In this document: positions 63,767 through 64,000 of the stretch, piece by piece
How positions within the stretch are numbered: position 1 is the first letter of the stretch
How the letters are laid out: each line of letters opens with the position of its first letter
From: an uncultured delta proteobacterium
GTDB taxonomy: Bacteria; Myxococcota_A; Polyangia; Polyangiales; Polyangiaceae
Length of the DNA stretch: 64,000 nt
Assembly: GCA_963716725.1 (NCBI GenBank)
Contig: CAVQUB010000022.1
Span: forward strand, 1-64,000
Direction: 5' to 3'
The notes under the pieces: generated by a model
The model's database searches: none
Seen by the model: the letters and a program-made list of their open reading frames with translations, nothing else
What the model was told of the DNA's origin: nothing
Program-made: the position numbers and the translations under genes

Positions 63767-64000
63767 GGCTATGCGTCGTCGGCTTCGGGCTGATCGGCGG
63801 ATCGGTGGCGGCCGCGCACAAGGCGCAGGATCCGAAAGCTCGCGTGGCCGCCGTTGACCTTCGCGGCTCGCTCGAGAGTGAAGCGGCGCGTGCCCTGGCC
63901 GATGTTCGCGTGGCCATCGACGATGATGAGCGCTTCGATCACGAGTTGGCCTCGGCAGACTTGGTGGTGCTCGCTGCGCCCGTGCGATCCGTCGCGACGA
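63763..64000 (+). CDS. tyrA: Prephenate dehydrogenase, N-terminal part (runs off window)
   Basis: ATGA overlap; MRLCVVGFGLIGGSVA Rossmann motif; ADLVVLAAPV. Confidence 0.78.
   Translation, partial: MRLCVVGFGLIGGSVAAAHKAQDPKARVAAVDLRGSLESEAARALADVRVAIDDDERFDHELASADLVVLAAPVRSVAT

Overview
This window is a two-organism chimera. Bases 1-~13683 are AT-rich cyanobacterial DNA (HIP1 octamers, heptamer tandem repeats, ycf36, asparaginase II, gmhA, a Rieske oxygenase, IS remnants, gcvP, an ABC exporter, ligA and a PAS-GGDEF 3' end). At ~13684 the sequence switches within a few bases to very GC-rich DNA with myxobacterial (Polyangiales-like) gene content. The join fuses an mlaE permease in frame to the cyanobacterial GGDEF gene and is almost certainly an assembly artefact. 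Several single-base frameshifts and a scrambled 16.3-17.7 kb stretch show the consensus is noisy. The GC-rich part carries housekeeping genes (cysS, aspS, serS, rpoZ, rnr, add, tyrA), a reduced chemosensory cluster, and a ~21-kb accessory block around tRNA-Ser(UGA). That block has three notable parts. (i) A 3.7-kb island flanked by a 56-bp duplicated tRNA 3' end carries a translationally coupled TIGR04255-family / small protein / ADP-ribosyltransferase-like triad, a candidate CmdTAC-like anti-phage system with a non-SecB third gene. (ii) A TcB/TcC-like FG-GAP-YD-RHS toxin has an internal membrane/lipobox insert, an immunity gene and orphan toxin cassettes whose shared 304 bp lies mostly after the DxxG cleavage motif; each orphan is preceded by the same 133-bp hairpin element. 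(iii) A divergent operon encodes a lipoprotein with a TcA-like C-terminus between two Gly-rich lipoproteins; with (ii) it forms a candidate lipid-anchored, Tc-like interbacterial toxin system. All family calls are from motif recognition by eye, with no database searches.
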